From Microthyrium microscopicum (taxonomy: Eukaryota), in the NCBI GenBank assembly GCA_010405405.1, contig MU004246.1:62001-126000 (forward strand): 64,000 nucleotides of DNA, given 5' to 3'. The position numbers and the translations under genes were made by a program. The notes below the pieces were generated by a model. It worked only from the letters and a program-made list of their open reading frames with translations, was not told where the DNA came from and made no database searches. Below, in pieces: positions 45,778 to 58,652 of this stretch (the stretch's first letter is position 1; every line of letters starts with the position of its first letter).

Positions 45778-46154
45778 GCACAACTTAAACATCTGAGTGA
45801 ATCTAATAGACGGTACTTTGCACTTAGAAAAAAGTAATTTGATGCACTGCCAATAGTGCTATCGTACATCCGCAGCTATAGTTGCAGACAAAGATATGTC
45901 TACGTAACTACCAAAATACTGCTCCCACCTTTCGAGTGCTCATTTCTTTCCTTCCAGTAACTTCTGTGGTTTCAATTGTTGAGATCTTGAAGCTGTTGCT
46001 GGAGAAGGCTGACGCAAGGCTGGCCCTATCGTTGATTGGTCAATCGTTAGCCTCTCACGTGTGCGGCTCTGAAGCTTGGACAATTTCCTATCCTAACTTT
46101 TCCGTGACGAACTTCAAGCAGTACGGAACTAGCTGACGATTCCATGCCCACAAG

Positions 46155-47101
46155 ATGTCGCCATCAAATATGCCCATACTACGGTCATACTTCGCGACAG
46201 GCTTTCGTTCAGTCTCAATTCATACCCCCATTCGTCGATTCGTCCAATTGCGCTCGCACGATACTCTCGATTCCGCCTCCAGACTTCAACAAAGTGTGGA
46301 CCAGATATCTCTCATCAATTCAGATCATTCGCGGACCAAAATCAATAGACAACTCAATGTCGATGATTCAATAAACATGGTGACGCCAGAGTCTGGCCGC
46401 AAGGTGAATGAGCCAGAAGGATGGCAACTCCCAATACAGATCCTGCCTAGGCGAAGAAGGGGTGTCAAACTATTTTCTCGTCGAAGTAAGCGTTCCTCTT
46501 CATAACTTTAAACTAGGCTAATTCGCTCTTCTAGAGGAACAACCGATCAGGATCGTTGCTCCAGGTCCCTCCATCGTCAAACGCTGCCCCGAGCCAGTCA
46601 AGAAAACCATCGCCGATTTCGTATCCGAATTGGACCCAACAGGCGCGCGAACACAATTACTGTCTTTAAAGAACCCCGAAGCCATACAGCCCCGGGATAT
46701 AGTCCTTGTGCGGACCAGGGACGGCGACCCATTTGCTGGGGTTGTCATCCGAATCAATCGAAATGCGCCAAATGTATCACTTTTGCTTCGGAATACTGTG
46801 TTGGGTACTGGTATTGAAAGAGAGTTTAAAATCTTGTCACCCAATGTGACTGGCATTGAGATTGTGCAGAGGGCACCAAAGAAGCCCAAGCAGATCCGGT
46901 TGTACTACATGAGGTATGTTTGTATATGATGTTTAGTGATGAAGTGACTAATACAATTACAGACAAGCTAAACATGATATCGGCTCTGTCGATAACATTG
47001 TACGACAATATCTCAAGGTTAAATCTTCAGCAACTGCTGGCAGAATCGTTCTTACCAGTAATAAGAACCAGCAACAGAAGTCCAAGAAGAAGAAGAGGTA
47101 G
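46155..47101 (+). CDS. IMG1: Mitochondrial ribosomal protein bL19 (Img1-like), 2 introns
   Basis: Presequence-like N-terminus; LDPTGARTQL...FAGVVIRI...LLRNTVLGTGIE..FKI.SP.V.GIEIVQR...RLYYMR|QAKHDIGSV. Confidence 0.85.
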
Positions 47102-47510
47102 AGGTTATGCCTAATACCAATACCTGCGCCATATTCACATGCACATACCCTCAAAATAACTGTCAATATAGTGTACAATATAACCTTATCATCAGAAGGT
47201 CGTCGTAGACCATTGACGTGATGACAGTGACAAACGCAGTCACTTCTGCGGAATCAAGTTAGCTAAAAACAACAGAAGTACGCCTTGACAAACTCATATC
47301 TGGAAAGTGTTTGCTATTATCACCAGGAGAGCTCCAATCATCAACAGATCTCTTTCTAACCGTACTACCATATATCATTTGCGTTTGCATGATGCAGGCA
47401 ACACGCAAACACAAAACCAACACTTTTCTGCACATACGATGTGCATATTTATATGATGACACTGGGTCCCAGACATCACTAAGTTATGACTTACTCACTG
47501 CCAACACAGC

Positions 47511-49490
47511 ATGCTCTTTTGGATTTTACTGCCTGCAATCTTCACCATGGCGATGTTCGCGCACCTGTTTGGCCCACCGGCCAACAACAACCCTCAACTG
47601 CCATATACGATCGCATGGATCCTGGTCGTTCTCTCTACAGGCTTCGGAGTCGTGAGATACTTTGTCACACGAGCTCGACCACTTAGCCGCCGGGTCCATT
47701 TTCCACCGCCTTCGCCATCTGAGTCACCAGGACCGGTGGAGCAACAAGCGACCAACATCGAAGATCCGCCGATGGAAAGACTCTACGGACGATCTCACCC
47801 GGAACGGGAAGATTGGCCTTCTCCTCCCTTTCCGAACACCACTAATAGACATCGGGGCTTCGAACGTAGACTCAACTTCCCCCGACGACCTCATCCGATT
47901 GAAGGTGGAGGAGCTTACGGTGGCGAGTTGGATGGCAATGAATTTTATGGTCAAGGTTTCCATGCTCCGATCTATGGTGTCATTCCTGGAAGACTTTCTC
48001 ACCCAGGCCCATATCAAGCCCATAGGATGAGAGGCGGTGGTGGCGACGATGGCGATGAAGGCGATGAAGATTTTCGCGGGATGTTCGACCAGGCTTTATC
48101 ACATCAACTGGAGGCACACCGAGATCAGACTGGAAGATCTGCTGAAAACATGAACAACCCAAATACGGCCGGACATTTGCTTCAACGGCATGAAGTCTCT
48201 CGTCTACCTCGTCACTATCTACCGCATGCGCCAGGCGTAAACTTCGTGAATGATCCAGTCAGTAACACAACATGGCCAGTCAATCAAATGTATCCTGGTG
48301 CCACATATGAAGACGCGATCATTGATGATTCACCTAACCATGATCAGCAATTTGGATACCAGTCTTCTGGCCAGCAGCATCTCGGTCATGAATTTCCTCC
48401 AGGACCTCGGGAAAGACAGAGGCGCAACGCTGTAGATCATGGCAGACCTGGCTTTGGCGGGCAAACACCTCTACCAAGAGAGCTGCATCAAAGGTCAAAT
48501 GGTTATCATGCTAACGATCCTTCTCATGGCCAATTCCTGCATCCGATCCTAATCTCTGCCGCCCCTACACCTTACAACGATCCATATGTTCTGCAGCCAA
48601 CAATCCAGCCTCCCTGGACTCAATTTCATCCTGAACATCAGAGTAGTGAATATCCAACTCCTGGAGCCAATGTCCCCTCCCAACAACATCACACCCGCGG
48701 CAACTATCGACCCAGCTCGAATGTAATGCTGGCAGACATGTCACTGCCGTGTCCTCACTGTAATCGTTTTGGCATTAATGCGGTAGTCTATTGTCCATAT
48801 CATCATCCTGGCCATTCTTGTGCAGAATCTTGGCGGATGGGCAGGCTTTGCGGCATACGCGCGCAAGACGGGTTCGTCACATCGATTAACTTGGAAGATA
48901 CTAGTGACGAGCGTTCCCATTTTACTACGCAGCAAAACCAAACGCAACCACCATCTTTTGAAGCTATCCCACTTCGGAATGCTAATGTTCCAGGGTTCCA
49001 GCCGTGGTATATTCCACCTGCCAATATCGATAATAGTCGGTTTCAGGACGCCGGGAGAGGCGGCAAACTCGACCCCTCATCAGCTGGACCGTCGAGTTTC
49101 CAAGGCATTACACCTATCGAAGGCCCTGGAACGGCAACAGCCTATAATCATAATGGACGTGGTCTCCCGCCATCATGGGGTGATCCTCAAGACAATAGGC
49201 CAATGTTGCCAATGGACGCGCCACGGATTCCAAGAACTCGCCTCAGGGCCTATCAGCCTCCTACACACTCGCAGGTCCCCGGTGGCTGGTCTGCTCTCGA
49301 TGCCCAGGGAAGCTATCATGCGCCTACTCCGTTTACATATTCAGCATGGCGCGAGGCTCGGTCAAGGACGCTGCCAAGGCGTACACCTCAAACACTGCAA
49401 CGCCTTCAAAGTATACAGCAAGCACAAAGAGAAAGAGACATGTACCATTGGGACAATTCCTGGGAATATGGTCCTCGTGGCCCGTACTGA
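47511..49490 (+). CDS. Hypothetical protein, two N-terminal hydrophobic helices, P/G/H-rich tail, small Cys/His cluster (659 aa)
   Basis: Long uninterrupted ORF; contains CPHC..CPYHHPGHSC and an internal RMRGGGG. Confidence 0.7.
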   Translation: MLFWILLPAIFTMAMFAHLFGPPANNNPQLPYTIAWILVVLSTGFGVVRYFVTRARPLSRRVHFPPPSPSESPGPVEQQATNIEDPPMERLYGRSHPEREDWPSPPFPNTTNRHRGFERRLNFPRRPHPIEGGGAYGGELDGNEFYGQGFHAPIYGVIPGRLSHPGPYQAHRMRGGGGDDGDEGDEDFRGMFDQALSHQLEAHRDQTGRSAENMNNPNTAGHLLQRHEVSRLPRHYLPHAPGVNFVNDPVSNTTWPVNQMYPGATYEDAIIDDSPNHDQQFGYQSSGQQHLGHEFPPGPRERQRRNAVDHGRPGFGGQTPLPRELHQRSNGYHANDPSHGQFLHPILISAAPTPYNDPYVLQPTIQPPWTQFHPEHQSSEYPTPGANVPSQQHHTRGNYRPSSNVMLADMSLPCPHCNRFGINAVVYCPYHHPGHSCAESWRMGRLCGIRAQDGFVTSINLEDTSDERSHFTTQQNQTQPPSFEAIPLRNANVPGFQPWYIPPANIDNSRFQDAGRGGKLDPSSAGPSSFQGITPIEGPGTATAYNHNGRGLPPSWGDPQDNRPMLPMDAPRIPRTRLRAYQPPTHSQVPGGWSALDAQGSYHAPTPFTYSAWREARSRTLPRRTPQTLQRLQSIQQAQRERDMYHWDNSWEYGPRGPY

Positions 49491-50056
49491 CCTCTCGTAT
49501 GATAATGATTTTGTTGCGAGTAGAATTTCACGATAGTCATCGGTTTCGCAAGGTCTTCCGTTTGATGAATACATTGCTGGCTATGATGACTTGGACTTCG
49601 AAAAAAATGTGTAGCATACTGGAGTTTGCCACGCACTAAGCCACTACAATATGCTCTGTTGACCCAGTACTCTCGTTGTCAATGAACAATTTGTTTCCTG
49701 ATACAAAGCAGTCTATCAAAAGTGATTAGGTGACTCGTGAGATATAGTAACAAAATTGAGACCTGAGATATAATCAAAGGCTGAATCCACTTTGGAGGCT
49801 TCGATTACACTCCCACGCTGAGAAGATGCATTCGCCCTTGGTATGCATAACGCAGCCTTGATACATCAGTTACTTGCAAGGATCAGCAAGCTCGACAGCT
49901 TCAGCCTCAGGTGGCCGCCGGTCAGCTTACTACTTTGACACTTGTCTCGGAAAATGTCCTCACAGGATCAATATCACTAGCATGAATCAAACTTCTAGTA
50001 ATCAATTTCCTTAGCCACCTGGTTTCTTCATATCGAACTTACGAGAACTCTAAAGC

Positions 50057-51355
50057 ATGGCAACGGTGAATCCCTCGATCAATTCGTCCAGCCTTTTTCG
50101 CACATCTGTCCCCACAAAGTCCGAAGATCCACGAGCTTGGTACCTGAGAAATGGACAGATTGCAAAGCCTCCATGGATTGTAGTCAGCCATTTTGTTCCG
50201 GACCAAATATGTCGACACCTGATGAGAAAGAAGAAGAACGCGGCAATTGCCGTGAAGTTCGTTAAATACAACGACCCACCAGACAAAATTACCAACATGG
50301 AAGGCGTTTTGCACTCATTCATCACGCCGATTGTCAACACTACCATGCATGGAGACTATCAATGGCAAGGAGGACATGGAATCTACGAATTTGGTTCTCG
50401 AGAGGGCTACCAGCTAGGACGAAGAGTATTGCTTAGTGCACTGGTTCAGCAAGATTTTGAGGATGACAAAGTCGTTGTCAGGCTTGTGCTATTGGAAGAA
50501 ACCCAAGTTGTTGGCTCTTCCAAATTTCCACAAATACCAGATACTCAGGCAAAACAAAACGACGACACCCGGCGGCACTATGATAGACAACTGAGGAAGT
50601 ACTTAGTATATCATCTGACATCGAGTCATTCTCTTCCAGCTGCCGGCTCAGTGAGCAGTACTAGCACCATGAGCGTTTCTCAGACCATTCAGTTCCTTGC
50701 CGATACAATAGAGCATCATTCAGGGGGTGATATTGACGCTCGCATGAGAAATCGATACATCCATCACAAAAACTCTCTTCTTTCCTTGGAGATCATGTTC
50801 CGAACGGCGTTCCATCAGCTGAGAAATGAATTCTTTGGGCTTGAAAAGGTCAGCCGTGCACAAGGCTATGTCTATACATTCAATCCACCCGCAATATTCG
50901 CCAGGTTCTTCAACTCTCCCGGCACTCGTGTAACACCCGGCACCGAGTTGATGAGCCGCATTCATGTAGTTGCTTTGAAGTATTTGGCGTCATTCGTTTC
51001 CCTGAGGGGATGTAGATGTTTTGCCTGGAGCGATTTCTCGTCGCCAACGATCATGCCGCTCATTCGGAAAGCGCTGGCCGGTCGACCACATATCGTCGTA
51101 AGGCGCATGAGTGAGTTGTTTATTGACAGAGGAATCAAACAGCAAAGCGGTGAGGGACTTTATGTACCTCCCGAGGGAGCAAGAGGTGCGATGTTAGTGA
51201 TTCATAACAATAGTGATGCTTTTGGTCAAAATATTGAGACAGAATGGTCTGGAGGTAGCTTAGATGGTGTTATAGGATCTTACTCAAGTGCTGCGGCGAG
51301 CCTGTTGAGACAGCGGAGTGATCTTTGTGATAACATTATCCGAACTCCAGCATAA
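50057..51355 (+). CDS. Intronless globular hypothetical protein (432 aa)
   Basis: Long ORF with enzyme-like composition; motif VIHNNSDAFGQNIETEWSGGSLDGVIG. Confidence 0.75.
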   Translation: MATVNPSINSSSLFRTSVPTKSEDPRAWYLRNGQIAKPPWIVVSHFVPDQICRHLMRKKKNAAIAVKFVKYNDPPDKITNMEGVLHSFITPIVNTTMHGDYQWQGGHGIYEFGSREGYQLGRRVLLSALVQQDFEDDKVVVRLVLLEETQVVGSSKFPQIPDTQAKQNDDTRRHYDRQLRKYLVYHLTSSHSLPAAGSVSSTSTMSVSQTIQFLADTIEHHSGGDIDARMRNRYIHHKNSLLSLEIMFRTAFHQLRNEFFGLEKVSRAQGYVYTFNPPAIFARFFNSPGTRVTPGTELMSRIHVVALKYLASFVSLRGCRCFAWSDFSSPTIMPLIRKALAGRPHIVVRRMSELFIDRGIKQQSGEGLYVPPEGARGAMLVIHNNSDAFGQNIETEWSGGSLDGVIGSYSSAAASLLRQRSDLCDNIIRTPA

Positions 51356-51868
51356 ACTCAGATAGTTAAGTGCCAAAATCTTGAAAGTCCTTTTTTGAAG
51401 TCGTACAAATGGATTCTATCGATTAGTAGAACTTTGATTGCTAAGACTCAGTGATCTTGAAAGTCTAGAACGTAGTAAGAAATCCGATATCCCCATAAGG
51501 GTCTGTTCTTGAAGAGACATGCCAACACAAACTTGAAATGAGCACCTCAGTCAACGATCGAACATAAATGTCAGTCATGACCATGGAGATGGTAGATCCG
51601 CATTTTAGATGTTTCGGATATTTACGTGTTAGGAAGAGCTATTTGATGCTTGTAACACGATAGCTGTTGCCTGAATATAATCGTGATCAATATCGAGAGT
51701 GTTGAGCAGCTTTACATCTGTCTGAGATGAGGATCAAACTTGATTGCGATGACACTTTCGTTAATTTCTTTCAATGATATATAGCCTGGCTCATGACTTC
51801 CATGTAGAAAGAGGAATAGACCTGTGACAAATAAAAAAACTCCAGCATACAGACGAACATACGAAAGA

Positions 51869-53704
51869 ATGAGTTCTCGTACTAGTCGAAGACGGTCTGG
51901 TGGGTTATATTCTCATATAAGGCAGGCTTTATCGTCGTCTAATGGGTCTGAATCTCCTTTAGAGCGCGTTCGAAACCTTGAACGCGATACTTCGCCAGCG
52001 GCCGTCTTAAATTTAGGTGGCGCAACCGTTGAATTTTATGCCAGACAGCCGTCCTCACAGGACGATGATACTTCAAGTCCGCTTGATAAGGTAGACAAAA
52101 CAAGTGGCGACTCATCGCCTACCAACCCAAGAAGGCTGACTCATTCTGATGGGGACCCTATGAACGGTTCGGGCCCCAGATCAGATCCTTCTTCAAGCCC
52201 ACTCAGCCAGAATGACAACGACCAGGAAGAATCATCGAGTTCTTCAAGTGGCAGCCCAGAATGGGGACGGCCATCCATGGAAGAGGAACAGCAGGCTTTT
52301 GAAGATGAGCAGATGAGAAAAGATATGGAGCATGGGAAGGTAAAATGGAAGAAAAGTTGGGAACGACTGAGAGCACTTCGAGGCGGAGGACCAAGTCTTG
52401 CTGATTTTGAAGCTCTCTTCCTAGACCCGTCAGATCTTGATTCCAACGTTTCCCTATCTCTTCTTGAAGAGCTATGGAACACTTCGGAATCCGACGAGAA
52501 GTATGATATCAATGAGAGGGATTCGTGGGCGTTTCGAGATGGGCCAACTCGCCATGGAGTCAGATTCAGCCCAGCTAATAGTCTACGTCCTGCCTCTCGG
52601 AGAGGGGAGCTTACTGGCATGCATGATCAATATGCGGATACCAGACGATTCGCCAGACACAGGCCTTCTGGAGCTCCATGGCTTTTCCGTAAACAGCCTC
52701 ATATTGTAGGACGGCGTGAATCTCATGTCCCGCGATCCGGTTTGACGCATCAAGAGATCATGGACGTCCTCACGGCAAGATATGTTCATCTGCTGATGAA
52801 TGAAAAAGTCGCTCACGAAGTACCTCCCGAAAAAATAGTGAGAAGAAGACCAGTCTCATCGCGGTCTTATTCACAATATGCCGACGAAGACGACACTTAT
52901 GGACCAGCTATCCGACTTCACAGGACAATACGGCAACAACCTTCCCCAGGGGAATCATCATCCTCACAGCCCAATAATACAGCCGCCCACCAAAACACCA
53001 TGGACCGACTCAAGAGCAATCCCAAAGGCAAAGCACCAGCCTCATCTCCATCCAACAAACCGAATCCCGCACGTACGCCATCCGCCCGCACTCCAATCGA
53101 GCAACTTGTCCTCACCCGCGCCCAAGCAGTCGGTATCGGCAACGCCAACCTCACGCCCCTGCAGCTCAAGAATCTCGCGAGCGTCCTCACCAAATGGGCG
53201 GTCAGTCGCGAAGAGCACCCACCCTATCCCTACCGCGACTTTGGCACCGAGCACGACATTGACATATTCAACCAAATCTTCACGCGCTGGCGACCATTTC
53301 CGCTCGCTTCCGAAGCACGCGAGTACCTCAAGCGCACTGTGCCCGATCTGCCTAAGCGCGCGAATTGGAACTGGAAGCGGCAGCAGGGTGATCGTGATAC
53401 GTTGACAACGCTGCATGGGAGTTTGACGGAGACGATTTTAGGACCGGGGGTGGCGCCGCGAGCGAAGAAGGGTTTGCGTTTGAATGGTGGAGCATTCAAG
53501 ACTCGAAAAGCCGGTGCGACTTCAGTGCCATCGGGCGATGCGGATGATGATCGTGGGCGAAGATCTGGTGCGCCTTCGCCAGTGGCACCGCCGACGAACG
53601 GGTGTAGTGAGAACAGGCATCGCGCGCGAGTAGATTCTGATTCATCGATGGAAACGTGGTTTCCTGGTCGTGCAAGGGAGGGAAGAAGTGATGGTGGTGC
53701 GTAA
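51869..53704 (+). CDS. Hypothetical disordered protein with LRGG-like motifs (possible extra 3' exon to ~54018)
   Basis: Long S/R-rich ORF from first ATG 51869; LRALRGGG and LRLNGG; downstream ORF 53809-54018 looks coding but I could not resolve the splicing. Confidence 0.6.
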   Translation: MSSRTSRRRSGGLYSHIRQALSSSNGSESPLERVRNLERDTSPAAVLNLGGATVEFYARQPSSQDDDTSSPLDKVDKTSGDSSPTNPRRLTHSDGDPMNGSGPRSDPSSSPLSQNDNDQEESSSSSSGSPEWGRPSMEEEQQAFEDEQMRKDMEHGKVKWKKSWERLRALRGGGPSLADFEALFLDPSDLDSNVSLSLLEELWNTSESDEKYDINERDSWAFRDGPTRHGVRFSPANSLRPASRRGELTGMHDQYADTRRFARHRPSGAPWLFRKQPHIVGRRESHVPRSGLTHQEIMDVLTARYVHLLMNEKVAHEVPPEKIVRRRPVSSRSYSQYADEDDTYGPAIRLHRTIRQQPSPGESSSSQPNNTAAHQNTMDRLKSNPKGKAPASSPSNKPNPARTPSARTPIEQLVLTRAQAVGIGNANLTPLQLKNLASVLTKWAVSREEHPPYPYRDFGTEHDIDIFNQIFTRWRPFPLASEAREYLKRTVPDLPKRANWNWKRQQGDRDTLTTLHGSLTETILGPGVAPRAKKGLRLNGGAFKTRKAGATSVPSGDADDDRGRRSGAPSPVAPPTNGCSENRHRARVDSDSSMETWFPGRAREGRSDGGA

Positions 53705-54122
53705 CTTCCTGACTTCTCTGACAGCGTTTGGGAGAAGATAATGAGATGGTGTTGTGAAGTTATGCTAAAAGGTTAATAGTAGATGATGTCCAGCTAGATG
53801 CAGCTGATGTGAAGGAAATGGTTGATGATGCTAGATTGATGGCACCAAGTGACGATGAGTTGCAGGCTGCTGTCAGAGGCCATCGCTACCCGCTCAATAA
53901 AGCGGTTAGAGAAACAATGGGCACGACGAGAGTCTCTGCTTTGGACATGGCACAGCAGATTCAAGAAGCAAAGAAAGCCTGTAGAAAGAAGAAGCAGAAG
54001 CCCAGATGGCACTGGTAGAGCCGGAAGTTTCCAATCCGGATGCTTTATTTCTTTTGTAGCTAGAAGTTTGGGTATCTCAAATATCAGTATTACTCTTTAC
54101 ACTTGCATATCGTACACATGTT

Positions 54123-56343
54123 TCACTCTCCCATCCTACAGAGTGAATCGTAGCATTTAGCTACTAGTTTCTTTGCCCCATTCACTTCGTTGATGAGTAC
54201 GAGATCGGGGTTTGGTTTTGCCCCTTCTGCCACCAGTTTTCGTACCGAGCCTTCAGTGTTCATCAGAGCTTGTCGACCTTGCTCGCGAACAGTGGACTGC
54301 CATTCCGTCCGGGCTTCGCCCCATTTCTTCTGAGTGCGACTCATGCTAAGCACCAGACCAAAGGCAGCGATGGCAGACGCCTCGAACAGAGTAGTGCTTG
54401 GGAAGGATATGTAAAGTAAAGCTGACAAAGCGGAGGTGAAGCCAGTCATCGAGAGGGAAGCGAAGACTAGAGACTGCGCACGAGCGTGCAGGCGTGGAAC
54501 CGTGTCTCGAAGGAGAGATTGGCGCGTTGATGGAATGTGTTGTGGATATGGTATGTCCAGCGTGCTGAACCTGGACATAGCTATATCAAGTTCCGAACCA
54601 GAGTAGAGTATTGCGGAGGTTGGTGGCGAGACCCCAAGTTGATCGGTTGCCTTTGCTTGGAGATCTTCAGCCGATTGTGAGGCTATTACGGAGGCGGCTT
54701 GACTCTCCAATTCCCAAGATTTGCGTTCCAGCAGGCCAGCTTCTTGCACTCTGCCAGCAACAAAAATTGTCCCCTTTTCGGCTTCAACAAGCCATGATTT
54801 TCTCAGCAGATCCCCGGCAATCATGCCCACTTCATCAACTCTCCATAAAAGCTTCCACCAAGCAAGTTTATGCCATTGTTTAGAATTAAAGGCGACATCC
54901 AGGCGGCCTTGGAGTTCACTATGAGCTCTCTCGGCCCAGCTGTCCACAGTCTTGGAAATGGACATGCGCACTGGTTTCGGGACGATTCCAGCTTGCATGT
55001 TGCTCTCCAGATCAGACTCTGCCTGTGCTATGCGCGCTGCTGTTGTTTGTAATATGGATTCGATATGTCTCTTGATCGGGGCTTTTAACTTGGGTGTTGA
55101 CTGTGCATCCCTAGTGACCCAGTCTAGAACCTTCGGTAAATGTGAAGCTTCCCACTCCACTGGGTAGTCACCGGCCTTCAGCGGTGACTCTCTGAAATCA
55201 CTGATTGCCTTTGTTGAGCTATTGACATCAATGATTGCTACACTGTCATTGTCACCAACTCCCGAATGACCAGATGACGTTGATAGATGTGAAGGGACAT
55301 CGATAACTGTTTGGATCATGTCTGAAGGAAGAGTGGTGATATTTTGCAGCCCTGTGAAGGTTCCAAGTGACAGTATATCGTTCAAGCCAGCCCCAACCAA
55401 GAGAGCCTTATGGATGGGGTATTCAACACTTGAATACCCGCCTGCAGCAGATGCAGGTGATTCAAGGCGTAGGGCCAGAATCGCATCAAGCGACGAGATT
55501 TCAGTAGAGCTACTAAGATTACTTGAATTGACGCTTGTGGTGTTGACATTGAGCGTAGATATGAGTATTTCGAGGTTAAATTGCTTGAGTAATGGAGAAT
55601 CCGATTGAAGTATTTTGAACACCGAATTTGTATATGGCGACTCTATATCGGGCCCATAGCTACTATAGTCAGCTATATTGTCCTTGAATTTGGTTGGTGA
55701 GCCATAAAACTTACCGTATGATAACTGCACGAGCGTCATCACCAGAGTTTGAAAGCGCCTCCTCCCACTTGCTCTTGGGTGCAAGAACATCTGCCAACAG
55801 GCATGATGCGACTTTGCGAGCTTTTTGTATGGATTCTGCCGTCCCAGCATCGTCCCTCGTCAATGCTAGAATCCCAATGCGAATTGTACCATCGCCCTCC
55901 AAGCTTCTAAGAGCAAGTTTGATCCGCCCAAGATCAACAAAGCTTGCCGCTCCACTTTCAAGCTCCCTTAGAGAGTCGTATAGGCCACGAGCGGACGATC
56001 TTATTGGTGATGGTGCATTCACTGACGTGGTGGGTAAAGGTGTTGGCGTGACCGATGAAGTCGCGTTCGCGCGGGCCAACGAAGCTGTAGAGGTCGTGCC
56101 ATAATGAGATTCATATCTGAAGGGAACATTGGAAGATTTTGCCTTTACTAGAACATCGATTCTCAGGGCGGTGTTCAGTCGTCTCGAGTATAAGCGTGAT
56201 GTCGCATTGTGAGGAGAAAGGTTGCTTTGCCGCCGTGAAGAGTCTGACGTTTGTAAGGAGCATAATGTACAGACAAAACCGGAGGACGGCCGTGAGAGTC
56301 CAATTGAGCTCGCTCCTACGCGTGTAAGCCGAGCTGGTCGCAT
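54123..56343 (-). CDS. Mmc1-like mitochondrial membrane protein (1 intron, ~55714-55660)
   Basis: Presequence MRPARLTR...; RIKLALRSLE...IRIGIL; W.KLAWWKLLWRVDEV; two C-terminal TM helices followed by QKKW..AR..W. Confidence 0.7.
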
Positions 56344-56773
56344 TACGAACTTTGCGATCACCACGAAAGCTCGAGATTTCAATGATGAGATGTCAAGAAG
56401 TTGTATAATGGTCTTCGAGCATTATCTAATCTTATCCACATCTTTACTCAAATCTAATCGATCTCCATCAAGCTCCTTATCTCCAGGGGTCTAAATCCAT
56501 CCAGTTAGAGCATGAGAACTCCGATCTATTATCAATCACTAATCCATTCCAGTCCTTATCAAGAGGCAATGCCCGCAGTATGCCGGTCGCGGTTCTTCTA
56601 ATATAGCTTGTTCAAAATTGCGTTGTTCTGCACAAGAATGTCGTGAGAGTTCAGCATACATACCACTTTCAACATCCACCACGCTTGATTGACCTGCATA
56701 AGCTCCATAACAAGGGTTAAAGCCAGGCACATATATTTCGCCCAGTATACTCAAGTACCTCTAGCTTTGGAAC

Positions 56774-58652
56774 ATGGAGAACACTTCAACTCGGGCCGGG
56801 CCGAAGGACTTCTCTCACTTGTACTCTCGTGTGACCAAGAACCGTGCTCAATCGAAGATCAAGTCCTTCTACAAGTACTTTGCCATTCCAGGAATCGGAC
56901 AGCTTGCTGGGGGTATGTGCTGACACACATGACTTCTGCTTATTGCTCATGCTGATACATGCTGTTAGGTTTACCTAATGCTAAATACTTTCCATACGAC
57001 ACCCTTGAGGCCAAGGCAGCGCTCCCCAATAGATGGACTCCATCCGAGGCCAGTGTCAAAGAGCACGGTGGCAAGGCGAAGAGCCCACCTGAATCTCATC
57101 TCGTGGTACCGCATGTAGCCAACACAACAGATGCTACCCGAAAGATTGACTTGACGACTGCTCTTCAGTATGGAACAGCTCAAGGATATCCACCGCTCTA
57201 TGGGTTTATCAAAGAATTCACAACTCGCTGTTTGCATCCAAGCATCCCATATGAAGGTGGCGCTGATATTGTTCTAACTGTCGGTTCCACTGATGGGTTC
57301 TCCAAGGCTTTGCAATGCTTCAACAATGAGTGGTCAGAGGGCGTCAATCCAGTATCAGAGAGAGAAGGTCTCATTGTGGAAGAATTCGCGTACATGAACG
57401 CTATTCAAAGTGCCAGGCCTCGAGGTATGAACATTCTGCCAATTGCCATGGATGATGAGGGCATGCTTGCCAAGGGCCCTGGAGGTCTTGACGATGCGTT
57501 GGAGAACTGGGACTTTAGCAAAGGCAAGAGACCTCACTTGATGTACAGCGTCACGTAAGTTTGAGATTAATCATACACTGTGCGATTTGCTTACACCTCA
57601 ATAGAATAGGTCAAAATCCTACTAGTGGAACACTTTCGACGCCAAGGAGAAAGGAAATATATGCAGTCTGCCAGAAGTACGATGTCATCATTGTCGAAGA
57701 TGATCCATATTGGTATCTCCAGTATCCTTCGACCCAGAAAGAACCCGTTGCAAAGCCTGAGAAATCTTCAGGCTTTGCGTTCTTGGATTCATTGCAGCCA
57801 TCGTATCTTTCCATCGATGTTGATGGCCGTGTTGTACGACTTGATACTTTCTCGAAGACTGTAGCACCAGGATGTCGTCTAGGATGGATTACTGCAAGCC
57901 CAGCAATCATCGAACGATTGACCCGCATCACAGAGAGCAGCACACAACAGCCCAGTGGTTTCGTCCAATCCATGATTGCAGAGCTTCTCATCGGCCCAGC
58001 AAAGGACGGCTTAGGCTCAGGTGGTCGCAAAGACGGCACTGGATGGGACATGTCTGGCTGGGTGCGCTGGCTTGAAGGCCTTCGTGGCGAGTACGAGCGC
58101 CGAATGGACACCATGGCGACAATACTAGAGAAGGGCCGCACAAAGATCAAGTCAGGCCGTCGACAAAGCTTTACCCAGATGATGATGGATACACAGCTGC
58201 AAGAGCAGGAAGGTGACGCTCAGAGCGACTGGGCTGTCATCGAAACCACACCCCTCTACGACTTTTATCGCCCAACTGGTGGTATGTTCCTCTGGCTCTC
58301 TGTACGCTTTGAGAATCATCCTCTGGCTGGCAAAGTCGCCGGTCCACGACTAGCGATGGCATTGTGGGTATATTGGACTACGGAGCCATATAAAGTCCTC
58401 GTCGGGCCAGGAACCATGTTTGCGCCCAACGAGGAGATTGCCGAAGAGAAGGCTTGGAAGTACTTCCGTCTGTGTTTTGCTGCCGCACCTGTCGAAGAAC
58501 TCTCTAGCATCAGCAAGGGCTTCGTGAAGGGTATCGGCGCCTTCTTCGAAATCAAGGACGCAAAGAAAATTGATGACATCTTGAAAGATCTAGACGGAAT
58601 CGAGACAGCAGCTGAGCGAGAGGGTATGGGCTGTATTGCAGGATGGTGCTGA
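56774..58652 (+). CDS. PLP-dependent class I/II aminotransferase, Aro8/2-aminoadipate transaminase-like (2 introns)
   Basis: LAG|GLP, ALQYG..QGYPPL, GQNPTSG, IIVEDDPY, RLDTFSKTVAPGCRLGW (PLP lysine), GGMFLW. Confidence 0.93.

Noticed and set aside
20949..53704. Apparent 'ubiquitin theme' cluster (UBP15, F-box array, LRGG proteins)
   Set aside because: The genes are separated by unrelated housekeeping and CAZyme genes, with no evidence of co-regulation; likely coincidence.
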